This document shows positions 25,926 through 40,136 of a stretch of DNA of 64,000 nt, one piece after another. The stretch is from Chiloscyllium plagiosum (taxonomy: Eukaryota), in NCBI RefSeq assembly GCF_004010195.1, contig NC_057719.1, forward strand, positions 2,409,165 to 2,473,164, given 5' to 3'. How positions within the stretch are numbered: position 1 is the stretch's first letter; the number at the start of each line of letters is the position of its first letter. Position numbers and translations under genes: made by a program. A model generated the notes under the pieces. The model was given only the letters and a program-made list of their open reading frames with translations. It was not told the origin of the DNA and ran no database searches.

Positions 25926-27869
25926 GGTTACAGGGATAGTGGGGGGTTCTGGGTCTTGGAGGGATGTTCGGCCGACAGTTGGTGCAGGACTTGATGGGTA
26001 GAATGGCCTTTTTCTGCACTGTCAGGATTCTATGATCTCTGTGCTCCTACATTTCTGGTCTCATGAGCATTTTGGTCTAATTTGTACCACTGCTGGCAGT
26101 TATGTCTTGCATTGCCTGAATACTAAGCTGCGGAATTTCCTCCTCAAACCTTTCCAACACTTTGTCCTCCCCTGGGAAGCTCCTTAAGACCCATCTCCAT
26201 CCCTGGGGTTTTGGACGGGTGCCTGAGCAATTCCGTCTGTGGCTTGATGCCCAATTGGATTTGATGATGTTTCCTTGGGATATTTGAAAGGTGCTAGGTA
26301 AATGCAAGCTGAAACTGCTGTTATGTTTTGATGCGGAGGGGCCAGTGTTGGACTGGGCCGGACAAAGTCAGAAGTCACATGGTACCAGGTTATAGTCTAA
26401 CAGCTTCCTGCGCTCCGAAAGCTTGTGATTTCAAATAAACCTGTTGGACTATAACCTGGTCTCGTGCGACTTCTGACGCTGTTAATTTTGGAACAGAAAA
26501 GGACTTTAGCTTGAGTTAGATATCTTTACACAGGATGCAACGTGAAGTAACCACAGTTTGCTGAAGACTGTGAAGACACTTGATCAAGTGCTTGATAGAA
26601 AATGACCCTAAAAGCTAATCACTTCATAGTTAAGTATTGATGGTGTGAGAGGCAAACTGAAGAGTAAAAAGATCCAAAGAAAGTAACAGGGTGTGTGAAA
26701 AGATTACACGAAGACTTTTCAAAGCTAACAGATCAGTTTTTAGGGATATATGACTGCAGAATGTGGCTCAGGGAATATCAAATCTATGAAAGATAAACAC
26801 ATGGAATATTGAAAATGTCTTTAAGAAATGGCAGGGTTATTGAGTGAGTGTTTCACGGAGGAAGAGGACTCAATCCCAATGGTATGGGAAATCTAAATAT
26901 AAAACATGGGAGGAAATGATTGGAATCCTGTAAACTCCTCTTCCTCCAAAACCTATCCAACTCTCTTAAAAAAAATATTCATGGAACCAGCTTCCGCTAC
27001 ATTTTCAGGAAGAATGTTCCTGCTCCACAAACTCTCAGAGTGACGTTTTCTTTCTCATTTCCCCTCTGGATAACCTTGCAGTGATTTTGAATCCCTGACT
27101 TAAATACAAAAATAGGGAGATTGTGCTTTAATCAAACTGGGGCCTGGGGACCACATCTGGAATGTTGGTCTCCTTATTTCGGGAGGTATGTTAGTGCATT
27201 AGAGGCAGTTCCAAGATGGTTTACCAGACTAGCACTTGGGATGCCCTCTGAGGGAAGGTGACAGAGGTTGGGCTTATTTCCCCTGGAGTTTAGAAGTGTC
27301 AGAGGGCGGAAACCAGAGGTCTTGAGGCGTTGTGACCGGGCGGATGTGGAAAGGATGTTTCCTCCCGTGGGAAAATCTAGGACAAAAAGACGATGTTTAA
27401 AAATCAACTGGAGACCCCTTAAGTCCTGCCGAGGTGTTCTGGAGAAGGGTCACTGGACCCGAAACATTAACTCTGCTTTCTCTCCGCTGCCAGACCTGCT
27501 GAGTTTTTCCAGCAATTTCTATTTTTGTTTCTGATTTCCAGCACCCACAGTTCTGTTTGTCCATATCCAGGTGATAATGCGGCTTCAGCTATAGAGAGTC
27601 TTGTTAAGGTGCGATCATGGGTAACTGTCTTCTGCCCTGATTACAACACCTCCAGGCAGAGACATTGATGTTGAAAGGGCACTGACATCCAGCACTGAAA
27701 GAGTTAAACTGTGAGGTGTGGTGGCACCCGAACTGAATTGTCTTGAAAACAGAAACATGAGGTGGAGCTCAAATTGAGGAACTTAATGTTATTTGCATAT
27801 TCAAGGGGACTGCTGCAGAAACACGTTTTCCTGAAATGTATAAGTCCACAAAGGGCCAAGATTTTATCA

Positions 27870-28158
27870 GGTAAAAACAATGACTGCAGATGCTGGAAAC
27901 CAGATTCTGGATCAGTGGCGCTGGAAGAGCACAGCAGTTCAGGCAGCATCCGAGGAGCAGTAAAATCGACATTTCGGGCAAAAGCCCTTCATCAGGAATA
28001 GAGGCAGAGAGCCTGAAGCGTGGAGAGATAAGGTAGAGGAGGGTGGGGTTGGGGAGAAAGTAGCATAGAGTACAATAGGTGAGTGGGGGAGGGGATGAAG
28101 GTGATAGGTCTGGGAGGAGAGGGTGGAGTGGATAGGTGGAAAAGGAGATAGGCAGGTA
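27870..28158 (-). mobile_element. Penelope-type terminal repeat with hammerhead motif, cut by a gap
   Basis: Minus strand ttcCTGATGAagggcttttgcccGAAAtGTCgatt at 27963-27998. Confidence 0.75.
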
Positions 28159-28680
28159 NNNNNNNNNNNNNNNNNNNNNNNNNNNNNNNNNNNNNNNNNN
28201 NNNNNNNNNNNNNNNNNNNNNNNNNNNNNNNNNNNNNNNNNNNNNNNNNNNNNNNNNNNNNNNNNNNNNNNNNNNNNNNNNNNNNNNNNNNNNNNNNNNN
28301 NNNNNNNNNNNNNNNNNNNNNNNNNNNNNNNNNNNNNNNNNNNNNNNNNNNNNNNNNNNNNNNNNNNNNNNNNNNNNNNNNNNNNNNNNNNNNNNNNNNN
28401 NNNNNNNNNNNNNNNNNNNNNNNNNNNNNNNNNNNNNNNNNNNNNNNNNNNNNNNNNNNNNNNNNNNNNNNNNNNNNNNNNNNNNNNNNNNNNNNNNNNN
28501 NNNNNNNNNNNNNNNNNNNNNNNNNNNNNNNNNNNNNNNNNNNNNNNNNNNNNNNNNNNNNNNNNNNNNNNNNNNNNNNNNNNNNNNNNNNNNNNNNNNN
28601 NNNNNNNNNNNNNNNNNNNNNNNNNNNNNNNNNNNNNNNNNNNNNNNNNNNNNNNNNNNNNNNNNNNNNNNNNNNNNNNN

Positions 28681-29660
28681 GAGCTTTACTCTGTATCTAA
28701 CCCTGTGCTGTCCCTGTCCTGGGAGTGCTTGAATGGGGACAGTGTAGGGGAAACTTCACTCTGTAACTAACCCCATGCTGTCCCTGTCCCTGGGAGTGTT
28801 TGATGGGGGACAGTGTAGAGGGAGCTTCACTCTGTAACTAACCCCATGCTGTCCCTGTCTTGTGAGTGTGTGATGGGGACAGTGTATAGGAAGGCTTACT
28901 TCCTGTTTAACAAAAAAGGGAGATTTTCTCTCTCTCTAACCTTGTGCTGTCCCTGCCCTGTGAGTGTGTGATGGGGGACGGTGTAGAGGGCACTTTACTC
29001 TGTATCTAATCCTGTGCTGTCCCTGTCCTGGGAGTGTTTGATGATGGACAGTGTAGAGGGAGCTTTACTCTGTATCTAACCCTGTGATGTCCCTGTCCTG
29101 GGAGCGTTTGATGGGGGACAGTGTAGAGGGAGCTTTACTCTGTATCTAACCCTGTGATGTCCCTGTCCTGGAAGTGTTTGATGGGGGACAGTGTAGAGGG
29201 AGCTTTACTCTGTATCTAACCCTGTGCTGTCCCTGTCCTGGGAGTGTTTGATGGAGGACAGTGTGGAGGGAGCTTTACTCTGTATCTAACCCTGTGATGT
29301 CCCTGTCCTGGGAGTGTATGATGGGGACAGTGTAGAGGGAGCTTTACTTTATGTTTAAAACAGTAAGGGGAGATTTTCTCTCTCTCTAACCTTGTGCTGT
29401 ACCTGTCCTGTGAGTGTTTGGATGGGGACAGTGTTTTTAGTTTGAAAGAGTGGAGACTACTTTACTCTGTATCTAACCCTGTGCTGTCCCTGTCCTGGGA
29501 GTGTTTGATGGGGGACAGTGTAGAGGGAGCTTTACTCTGTATCTAACCCTGTGCCTGTGTCTAACCCTCTTTGTTCCTGTCCAGGGAATGTTTGATGGAA
29601 ACAGTGTGAAGGGAGATATACTCCGTATTTAACCCCATGCTGTACTGGTATTGGGAGTGT
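28681..29660 (+). repeat. 69-70-bp satellite, about 14 degenerate copies
   Basis: gagggagctttactctgtatctaaccctgtgctgtccctgtcctgggagtgtttgatggggacagtgta. Confidence 0.95.
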
Positions 29661-29981
29661 CAAGGGAAATGGTACTGAGTAAATTGTTGCAATTCTGGGC
29701 TGAAAGGTGCCCAAGTCTTGATGGACTTCCTCCCTGGGCCTGAAAAGAAGTGGCAAATGAGAACATTGCTGTGATATAATTTTCTAAAGCTCCCAGGTCA
29801 TGGGAGGTGGAAGGTGCCATTAGATTGTGAAGTCACATGTGTGACTTTATGGCTCGATAAAGGAGGGATGCAGAAAACAGGAAACGTGCGGCGAGTTCAC
29901 TGTTCGAAACCATTCTGAAAGACATGACAGCAGAGCACTTAGAAATAATTGAGATGATCAGGCAGAGTCTGCTTTTGTAAT

Positions 29982-30271
29982 TAGATTACTTACAGTGTGG
30001 AAACTGGCCCTTCAGCCCAACAAGTCCACACTGACCCGCCACCCATCCAGACCCATTCCCCTACATTTACCCCTGCCCCTAACACTATGGGCAATTCACC
30101 TAACCTGCACATTTTTGGACTGTGGGAGGAAACCGGAGCACCCAGAGGAAACCCACGCAGACACGGGGAGAACGTGCAAACTCCACACAGTCAGTCGCCT
30201 GAGGCGGGAATTGAACCCGGGTCTCTGGCGCTGTGAGGCAGCAGTGCTAACCACTGTGCCACTGTGCCGCC
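29982..30271 (-). mobile_element. HE1-like V-SINE
   Basis: Reverse complement of the full SINE. Confidence 0.9.
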
Positions 30272-33200
30272 CACTGTGGCGCAGTGAAAGGGAAATCATA
30301 ATAGACCAATTGATTGAGGAAGGAATGTTTGTTGTGTCAAAACAGAAATCCAGAAGGCATTTAATAAGGTGCAACATCAAAACATGTTGTGGAAAAATAG
30401 ATGTTCATTGTGTAGGAAAATGGCTAGCTAACAGGAGAGTCACTGTAAACGAGTCACTTTCTGCCTGGATAGACAGAACATGTAGTGTAGCAGCAGTGTG
30501 TACCATTTACAGGAAATTCATCAAAGATCCTCAGACAGTACCTTCAAAACCCACAACCACTTCCATCGAGAAGAGCAAGGGCAGCAGATACATGGGAACA
30601 CCACCCCCTGCAAGTTCCTCTTCAAGTCACTCACCATCCCGACTTGGAAATATATCGCCGTTCCTTCACTGTCACTGGGTCAAAATCCTAGAATTCCCTC
30701 CCTAAGGGCATTGTGGGTCTAACTACATGACATAGACTGCAGTGGTTCAAGGAGACAGCTCACCCCCACCTTCTCAAGGGGCAACTAGGGACGGGCAATT
30801 AATGCTGGGCCCAGCCAGTGACATTCATGTCCCATGAGTGAATAAAAATGAGTGGTCTGTCGAAGGGATCAGTGCAGGGACCTTAACCTTTTACACATTA
30901 AAATGAATTGATTAAATGACTCAAATTATGCTTCACTACTTTTGCTGATGACACAAAGTTGATCAGAAAGTAGAATCTGAAGAGGACACGTGATGGCTGT
31001 AAACGGATATAGATCAGTAAAATGATTGTGCAAAGATCTGGTAAATGGGGTTTAATTAGGAAAATATGAAATTGTTCATTTTGTTGGTGTTATCCAAATG
31101 TTTTGTATTTAATATGTGCTAACAATTTAGATGATGGTAGACAATGGGATCTATTTCATGCTTGGTGTAAATAGCTAAATTTGTTTCTCAAAAACGAGTC
31201 ACTGCGAGTTCACTTTGGACACTAGATTATTATCTGAAGAAGGCTTCCTTGAAATCAAGTGACTGGTGATAACCACTTGCTTTGCTATAGTCTCTCACTC
31301 AGGTGACTAGTTGGAGAGGTGCTTGTTATTGTCTGATTGAGGTGGAGGAAGGTTTGCTATTAACAAGCTGATCAGCTGATCTCTCCCATTTCTGAAAAGG
31401 AATCCCTCGACATCACATCAGGGTGAAACCTACTGGCTCTTTTGAAAGAGTGTTCACACTAGGGGGTGAGCAACAAAGGTCTTACTCAGCAGAGACATCA
31501 TCGTCCCTTAGAACAATAGAGAAAACGTCCATACATTCCTGGCTTCATGTCCAAAGATGCCCAGATCCCTCTGCACCTGCGAGTTCTGTGATCTCTCAAC
31601 AATTGGAATATTAAACCAACTTGTAAGGAGATCTCAGCTATCTGTAAGAATAATAGGGTGTTTATGGTAAGGGATTTTAACTTTCCAAACATAGACTGGG
31701 ACTGCCATAGTGCTAAGGGTTTAGATGGAGAGGAATTTGTTAAGCGTGTACAAGACAATTTTCTGACTCAGGATGTGGATGTACCGACTAGAGAAGGTGC
31801 AAACCTTGACCTACTCTTGAAAAATAAGGCAGGGCAGGTGACTGAGGTGTCAGTGGGGGAGCACTTTGGGGCCAGCGACCATAACTCTATTAGATTTAAA
31901 ATAGTGATGGAGAAGGATAGACCAGATCTAAAAGTTGAAGTTCAAAATTGGAGATAGGCCAATTTTTATGGTATTAAGCAAGAACTTTCAAAAGCTGATT
32001 GGGGGCAGATGTTCACAGGTAAAGGGACGGCTGGAAAATGGGAAGCCTTCAGAAATGAGATAACGAGAATCCAGAGAAAGTCTGTCAGGGTGAAAGGGAA
32101 GGCTAGTAGGTATAGGGAATGCTGGATGACTAAAGAAATTGAGGGTTTGGTTAAGAAAAAGAAGGAAGCATATGTCAGGTACAGACAGGATAGATCGAGT
32201 GAATTCTTAGAAGAGTATAAAGGAAGTAGGAGTATACTTAAGAGAGAAATCAGGAGNTAGAATTAAGGAGAATCCAAAGGGGTTTTACAAATATATTAAG
32301 GACAAAAGGGTAACTAGGGAGAGAATAGGGCCCCACAAAGATCAGCAAGGCGGCCTTTGTGTGGAACCACAGAAAATGGGGGAGATACTAAATGAGTATT
32401 TGCATCAGTATTTACTGTGGAAAAGGATATGGAAGATATAGACCGTAGGGAAATAGATGGTGACATCGAGCAAAATGTCCAGATTACAGAGGAGGAAGTG
32501 CTGGATGTCTTGAAATGCATAAAGGTGGATAAATCCCCAGGACCTGATCAGGTGTACCTGAGAACTCTGTGGGAAGCTAGAGTATGGTTACTGGGCCTCT
32601 TGCTGAGATATTTGTATCATCGATAGTCACAGGTGAGGTGCCGGAAGACTGGAGGTTGGCAAATGTGGTGCCACTGTTTAAGAAGGGCGGTAAAGACAAG
32701 CCAGGGAACTATAGACCGGTGAGCCTGACCTCGGGTGGTGGGCAAGTTGTTGGAGGGAATCCTGAGGGAGAGGATGTACATGTATTTGGAAAGGCAAGGA
32801 CTGATTCGGGATAGTCAACATGGCTTTGTGCATGGGAAATTATGTCTCACAAACTTAATTGAATTTTTTGAAGAAATAACAAAGAAGATTGATGAGGACA
32901 GAGCAGTAGATATGATCTATATGGACTTCAGTAAGACGTTCGACAAGATTCCCCATGGGAGACTGATTAGCAAGGTTAGATCGCATGGAATAAAGGGAGA
33001 ACTAACCATTTGGATACAGAACTGGCTCAAAGTCAGAAGACAGAGGGTGGTGGTGGAGGGTTGTTTTTCAGACTGGAGACCTGTGACCAGTGGAGTGCCA
33101 CAAGGATCGGTGCTGGATCCGCTATTTTTTGTCATTTACATAAATGATTTGGTTGCGAGCATAAGAGGTACAGTTAGTAATTTGCAGATAACACCAAAAT

Positions 33201-33283
33201 TGGAGGTGTCGTGGACAGCGATGAGGGTTACCTCAGGTTACAACAGAATCTTGATCAGATGGGCCAATGGGCCGAGAGCTTGT

Positions 33284-33355
33284 GAGCTTGTGGTGCAATG
33301 GTAGCGCGTCTGACTCCAGATCAGCAGGTTGCGTGTTCAACTCACGTCAGGCTCA
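33284..33355 (+). tRNA. tRNA-Trp(CCA) gene or retrocopy
   Basis: 72-nt cloverleaf: acceptor GAGCTTG/CAGGCTC fully paired, D stem GTGC/GCGC, anticodon loop CTCCAGA (one U-C mismatch in the stem), T arm GCGTG-TTCAACT-CACGT; no T-run terminator. Confidence 0.88.
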
Positions 33356-33372
33356 CTGCAGTCAACTTCTAA

Positions 33373-33800
33373 GGGTGGCACGGTGGTACAGTGGTTAGCA
33401 CTACTGCCTCACAGCGCCAGAGACCCGGGTTCAATTCCCACCTCAGGCAATTGTCTGTGTGGAGTTTGCACATTCTCCCTGTGTCTGCGTGGGTTTCCTC
33501 CCACAGTCCAAAGATGTGCAGGTTAGGTGAATTGGCCATGCTAAATTGCCCGTAGTGTTAGGTAAAAGGGGTAAATGTAGGGGTATGGGTGGGTTACGCT
33601 TCGGCGGGTCGGTGTGGACTTGTTGGGCCGAAGGGCCTGTTTCCACACTGTAAGTAATCTAATGTAATCTAAACTGCCCATAGTGTTAGGTGAAGGGATA
33701 AATGTAGGGGAATGGGTCTGGGTGGGTTGCTTTTTGGAGGGTCGGTGTGGACTTGTTGGGCCGAAGGGCCTGTTTCCACACTGTAGGGAATCTAATCTAA
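33373..33800 (+). mobile_element. HE1-like V-SINE plus a second SINE 3' half
   Basis: Full SINE 33373-33670, then a second 3' half 33672-33800 and an A-run. Confidence 0.9.
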
Positions 33801-36589
33801 AAAAAAAGAAGTGGCAGATGGAGTTTAATTCCAATAAATGCGAGGTGCTGCATTTTGGGAAAGCAAATCTTAGCAGGACTTATACACTTAATGCTAAGGT
33901 CCTAGAGTGTGTGCTGAACAAAGAGACCTTGGAGTACAGGTTCACAGTTCCTTGAAAGTGGAGTCGCAGGTCGACAGGATAGTGAAGAAGGTGTTTGATA
34001 TGCTTTCCATTATTGGTCAGAGTATTGAGTACAGGAGTTGGGAGGTCATGTTGCGGCTGGACAGGATTTTAGTTAGGCCATTGTAAGTATATTGCGTGCA
34101 ATTCTGGTCTCCTTCCTATTGGAAAGATGTTGTTGTGAAACTTGAAAGGGTTCAGAAAAGATTCACAAGGATGTTGCCAGGGTTGGAGGATCTGAGCTAC
34201 AGGGAGAGGCTGAACAGGCTGGGGCTGTTTTCCCTGGAGCGTCGGAGGAGGGGTTATTGCCTAGCCCTACCGTTTGCTGTCTGTGGGTTTGGAAGATGAG
34301 GATCCAGTTGCAGAGGGAATCCTCTGCGGGATATCGGAGGACAGTTTAGAGTTGGTTACATTGCTGTAGATCTGGAGTTACGTGAAGATCAGATCAGGTA
34401 AGGAAAGCAGATTTCCCTCCCTAAAGAACGTTTGGTGGACCAAAGGGTTTTTAAAACGACCGAGAGTGGTTACACAGTCGCTATTGGACTGGCTTTTAAT
34501 TTCCAGACTTAATGATCTCAGATTTCACCTTCTGCTCCAGTGAGATTCAAATCCATGTGCCTGCAACATTAACTTGGGGTTCTGTCCAGTCACTATCACT
34601 ATGTAAAACTATCACTACGTCACCAGCTAGGAACATTAGGTGAATGATTTGCTTCATTGTAAGACCATATAACATGGTCAGAGTAGACCATTCTGTCCAG
34701 TGAGTCTGCTCTGATCCTCATTCTTCTATATTCAAATAAGTACAGGTCCAATCTTCTCAGCCTCTCCTCAATCCCTCCCTACCTGGGATCAGCCGAATAT
34801 ACCTTTTCTGGATACCTCTAGTGTATCTTTCCTTAGGTGACAATCCAAAATTGTTCACAGTATTCCAACTGCGGTCTGACCCGGCCTTGTACAGTTTTAT
34901 CATTATATTTATATTCCATTCCCTTTGAAATAAAGACCAATATTCCATTTGCCTTCCCTATTACCCACTGAACTTGGATGATATTTATTCATTTTTGTGG
35001 GATGTGGGTGTCACTGTCTGGGCCCAGCATTAATTGCCGGTCCCTAGTTGCCCCTTGAGAAGGTGGGGGTGAGCTGCCTTCTTGAACCACTGCAGTCTAT
35101 GTCATGTAGTTAGACCCACAATGCCCTTAGGGAGGGAATTCTAGGATTTTGACCCAGTGACACTGAAGGATTGGCGATATATTTCCAAGTCGGGATGGTG
35201 AGTAGCTCGAAGGGGAACTTGCAAGAGATAGTGTTCCCATGTATCTGCTGCCATCATCCTTCTAGATGGAAGGGGTTGTGGGTTTGGAAGGTGCTGTCTG
35301 AGGATTTTTGATGAATTTCTGCAGTGCATCTTGTAGATGGTCCACACTGCTGCAACTGAGTGTCGGTGGGGGAGAGAGTGGTTATTGAAGAAGGTGGATG
35401 GAGTGATTATGCTGCTTTGTCCTGGATGGTGTCCAGGGTCAAATGCATGTTAGATTACACCACAATGAATTGCCTTGGGATGTTTTACTATGTTTAAAGG
35501 ACTTGTTGTTATAATGCCTGTTGCCTGTTACCCAGATCTTTCTGCACCTGTAAGCTGTCAGCCAACTTGTTTATGCCGGATCTCCTTGACCAGGGATCCT
35601 AAATTAGTCTCGTCCCGTTTGCCAGCACTTAACCCTCTAAACCCTTCCTATTCATGTACCCATCCTGACGCCTTTTAAATGTTGTTATTGTACCCAAACA
35701 TTAGTCTGTGACTCACTCTTGTGTTTGAAGGCCAGACGTGAATTATGTCACTATGAAGCTCATTTCTGTGAAGGTGTGAAACTAATGATATCTATACAGT
35801 GTACCAGCAGGCGATCTCTCACCCAATCTGACTTTAATGAGTTTCTTTCTTCCTCAAATTACTCTCTTTGGGTCACAGTTGTTGACTTCTCCTCAATAAC
35901 CATTTTGCTTCGATTTAGGCTTTGATTATGGTCAAGCTGATGGTAATTCTAGACAAGTCATAGGTCACAAGTTCGATCCCAATACTCGCCCACATTGTCA
36001 GCTTCCAAACCAGCCTTTAATTCCCTGGGTTGTTCTGTTGCAGTGGTAGCATCCCAAACTCTGAGCCAGGAGGCCAGGATCCAAGAAGGTGTGTAATGAC
36101 ATCTGTCCAATACAATATCTGTCTTAGAGTGAGGCCTGGCTTGACAGAACATAGTCTTTCTTCACAATGTGATTACCATGGTAACCAGTCAGTGAGCATA
36201 TTCACATTAGGCTGTTAATTCTACTTTAACAAAAGAACACAAATTTATTACACAGTGAAGAACAATCATGAAGGTACCTCTCATCTGATGGCTGTGAGTC
36301 TTTGGAACTCCCTGCCACAGAGCGCTGTGGGGCAAAGTATTTGTGTATATTTAAGACTGAGACAGACAGATTGTTCATCTGTTGGGAAATCCAGGAAAAG
36401 GGCAGGAAATAGGACATGAGGAATTTTGGATCAGCCATGACCTTATAGAATGGCATAGCAGGCTTGAGGAGCTGAACAGCCTCCTCCTGTTCATATCTCC
36501 TATCACCCTATGGTCTTCTATTTATGACAATGTGGAAATATATTATTGCAAACAGCAAAAAGGAAGATTCAGTGCTTTAACCCAGGAAG

Positions 36590-38335
36590 ATGGTGCCACT
36601 GTTTAAGAAGGGTGGTAAGGACAAACCAGGGAACTATAGACCGGTGAGCCTGACCTCGGTGGTGGGCAAGTTGTTGGAGGGAATCCTGAGGGACAGGATG
36701 TACATGTATTTGGAAAGGCAAGGACTGATTAGGGATAGTCAACATGGCTTTGTGCGTGGGAAATCATGTCTCACAAACTTGATTGAGTTTTATGAAGAAG
36801 TAACAAAGAGGATTGATGAGGGCAGAGCAGTAGATGTGATCTATATGGACTTCAGTAAGGCTTTTGACAAAATTCCCCATGGGAGACTGGTGAGCAAGTT
36901 TAGATCTCATGGAATAGAGGGAGAACTAGCCATTTAGAGACTGGAGGCCTGTGACCAGTGGAGTGCCACAAGGAGTCCTCTACTTTTTGTCATTTATATA
37001 AATGATTTGGATATGAACATAAGAGGTACAGTCAGTAAGTTTGCAGATTACACCAAAATTAGAGGTGTAGCGGACAGCGAAGAAGGTTATCTCAGATTAC
37101 AACAGGATCTTGATCAGATGGGCCAATGGGCTGAGAAGTGGCAGATGGAGTTAGAACATAGAACATAGAACAATATAGCACGGAACAGGCCCTTCAGCCC
37201 TCAATGTTGCGCCGACCTGTGAACTATTCTCGTCCCCCTACACTATCCCAAAATCATCCATGTGCTTATCTAAGGATTCTTTAAATCTCTCTAATGTGGC
37301 TGAGTTAACTACATTAGCAGGTTCTGGATTAGTGGTGCTGGAAGAGCACAGCAGTTCAGGCAGCATCCAAGGAGCAGCGCAGGTAGGGCATTCCACGCCC
37401 TTACCACTCTCTGCGTAAAGAACCTGCCTCTGACATCTGTCTTAAATCTATCACCCCTCAATTTGTAGTTATGCCCCCTCGTACACGCTGACATCATCAT
37501 CCTAGGAAAAAGACTGATAATGAAACCTAACACACCGTATGCCTTCTTAACAGCACTATCCACCTGGATAGTTTAATTCAGATAAATGAGAGGTGCTGCA
37601 TTTTGGGAAAGTAAATCTTAGTAGGACTTATACACTTAATGGTAAGGTCCTAGGGAGTGTTGCTGAAGAAAGAGACCTTGGAATGCAGGTTCATAGCTCC
37701 TTGAAAGTGGAGTTGCAGGTAGATAGAATAGTGAAGAAGGCATTTGGTATGCTTTCCTTTATTGGTTAGAGTATTGAGTACAGGAATTTGGTGGTCATGT
37801 TGTGGCTGTACAGGACATTGGTTGGGCCACTTTTGGCATATTGTGTGCAATTTGTGAAACTTGAAAGGGTTCAGAAAAGATTTACAAGGATGTTGCCAGG
37901 GTTGGAGGGTTTGAGCTACAGGGAGAGATTGAATAGGCTGGGGCTGTATCGCTGGAGCTGAGGGGTGAGGAGTGACCTTATAGAGGTTTATGAAATCATG
38001 AGGGGCATGGATAGAATAAATAGACAATTTTTTTCCCTGGGGTGGGGGAGTCCAGAACTAAAGGGCATAGATTTAGGGTCAGAGGGGAAAAATATAAAAG
38101 AGACCTAAGGGGCAACTTTTTCACACAGAAAGTGGTGGAATGAGCTGCTAGAGGAAGTGGTGGAGGCTGGTACAATTGCAACATTTAAGAGGCATTTGGA
38201 TGGGTATGTGAATAGGAAGGGTTTGGAGGGATATGGGCCGGGTGCTGGCAGGTGGAACTAGATTGGGTTGGGATATCTGGTCGGCATGGAGGAGTTAGAC
38301 TGAAGGGTCTGTTTCTGTGCTGTACATGACCCTAT
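36590..38335 (+). mobile_element. CR1 LINE RT to 3' end with a nested antisense CR1 (37152-37570)
   Basis: VPLFKKGGKDKPGNYRPVSLTSVVGK...DFSKAFDKIPH; the nested piece has a (catagaa)n tail. Confidence 0.93.
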
Positions 38336-39028
38336 TTTAGCAAACATTCAGTCTGAGTCAGACATCTTTCCTATTTTTACTGTTTAACTTTTTAACTCAT
38401 ATTTTTTTTAGAGATTGTCTGCACATTTGCTGGTTGTGATTCTCTCTTTTCCCCGCTCTTCAGCAGACGGCCAGCAGCTAACTCACTGATCTTTCTCACC
38501 AAACCCTCGGGAAGAGAACTCTGGTTTTCCAGTTACTTTGACTATTTTTGGACTGTCAAACAGCACACCTGCTAGAATTGATCTGCCGCTGGCCTCTGGT
38601 TTCTCTCTTTCCTGGCTTGCAAAAGCTCAACACAGGAAACATCTCACACATTACCACAACGGGTAACTTGAAGGGTTATGTAAAAACAGTCATACCTTCT
38701 TGGGATCCCTGGCTGTGATTCACTGGTGATATTGATGCATTTCTGATCCTTGGAAATTAAGCACGATGTCTTCACAGAATTGGAAATCCAAAAACTGCTG
38801 AGCTCTGCTTTCGAACCCAAGTTTCCATTTGGGTAACGATAAATATAAACTTTCAGCACACTTTTCAGATCTCGCTCCCATTATTTCGGACCCTACTTAT
38901 CAAAAGTCCCTCCAACACCGTCCTGGCAGAGTTTTCCAAGTCCTTACGAGAAGGATAGACAGTTTGAGGGAATTGAGGAGACTGGTGTAGCTGGGGCAGT
39001 CCTTAAGGTAGAGAAATAACCAACAATT

Positions 39029-39866
39029 GTGTCCTGGACCTCCCGCGTCAAGATGGCACAACGACGCCTCTTCTTCCTCAGGAGTCTCAGGAAATTCCAC
39101 ATGTCCGTACGGCACCTCACCAACGTTTACAGATGCACCATCGACAGCATACTGTCTGGGTGCATAACAGCCTGGTACAGCAGCTGGTCTGTCCAGGACT
39201 GTAAGAAACTACAGAAGGCTGCGTGCACAGCCCAGACCATCACTGAAGCCAACCTCCCATCCATGGACTCCATCTGCACTCCTCGTTGCTGTGAAGACGT
39301 TGCCAACATCAAAGACCCCTCCCACCCCGGTAATGATTTCCTATGACCTCTCCCACCAGGCTGACGACACAGAAGCTTGAACACACACACCAACAGGTTC
39401 TAGAACAGCGTCTTCCCCGCTGTTAATGGACTGATGAATGGACCTGTCTAATTTCAATCGAATATTGATCTTGCTCCGTGCCCCTCCTGTGCAGTGTAAC
39501 CTTGTATGCCCCGCTCTGATTAAGTAACCTATGCTCAGAATGTCCTTGTTTAATATGATCTGTCTGTACTGCTCGCAAGACAAAACTTTCCCCTGTGCTT
39601 AGTTAAACATTGCACAACACCAGATTATAAAGTTAAAAATCACACGACACCGGGTTATAGTCTAACAGGTTTATTTGGAAGCACTAGCTTTCGGAACGCT
39701 GCTCCTTCATCAGATGGGCTACTGAAAGCTAGTGCTCCCAATTAAACCTGTTGGACTATAACCTGGTGTTGTGTGATTTTTAACTTTGTACACCCCAGTC
39801 CAACACCGACATCTCCAAATCATCACCGTACTTAGGTACACATAACAACAACAAATCAAATCAAAC
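39029..39866 (+). mobile_element. Rex1/Babar LINE 3' part
   Basis: AQRRLFFLRSLRKF...YRCTIDSILSGCITAWY; tail caaatcaaatcaaa; interrupted by a palindromic insert at 39603-39822. Confidence 0.85.
39681..39716 (-). ncRNA. minimal hammerhead motif, second family (AG-CU stem III, CUA triplet)
   Basis: Minus strand catCTGATGAaggagcagcgttccGAAAgCTAgtg; copies at 41571-41606 (-) and 53447-53481 (+). Confidence 0.65.
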
Positions 39867-40136
39867 CAATTGAAGGTGGGGGTGGTTCGTAATCAGGGGA
39901 CCATTGGTACACGAAGCAGAGTTTAAACAAGAAAATGTTTTTTAGGGAATGAGTTTCAATGATCTGGAAGGGCGATGGAAGCAGATTCAGCAATAGTTTT
40001 CAGATGTTAGAATGCTTGATAAAGGAGAGATTGCAGAGCTCTTGTAGAAAGTGCAACGGAGTTTATTTAATTCAAAGCTGTTACAAACAGCTGGAGCAGG
40101 TAGAATAGCTATATATCCTGCTGTTGGAATCTGGAA

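Larger units (their letters stand above)
31618..34248 (+). mobile_element. CR1 LINE with APE endonuclease and RT remnants, interrupted at 33276-33807
   Basis: DFNFPNIDW, PTREGANLDLLL, ASDHNSI (APE); QHGFVHGK, GVPQGSVL (RT); resumes at KWQMEFN. Confidence 0.95.

Noticed and set aside
38869..39007. Possible + strand coding exon (SRSHYFGPYLSK...GAVLK)
   Set aside because: AG/GT bounded and open in one frame, but the donor is weak, the peptide is unrecognised and no partner exons were found
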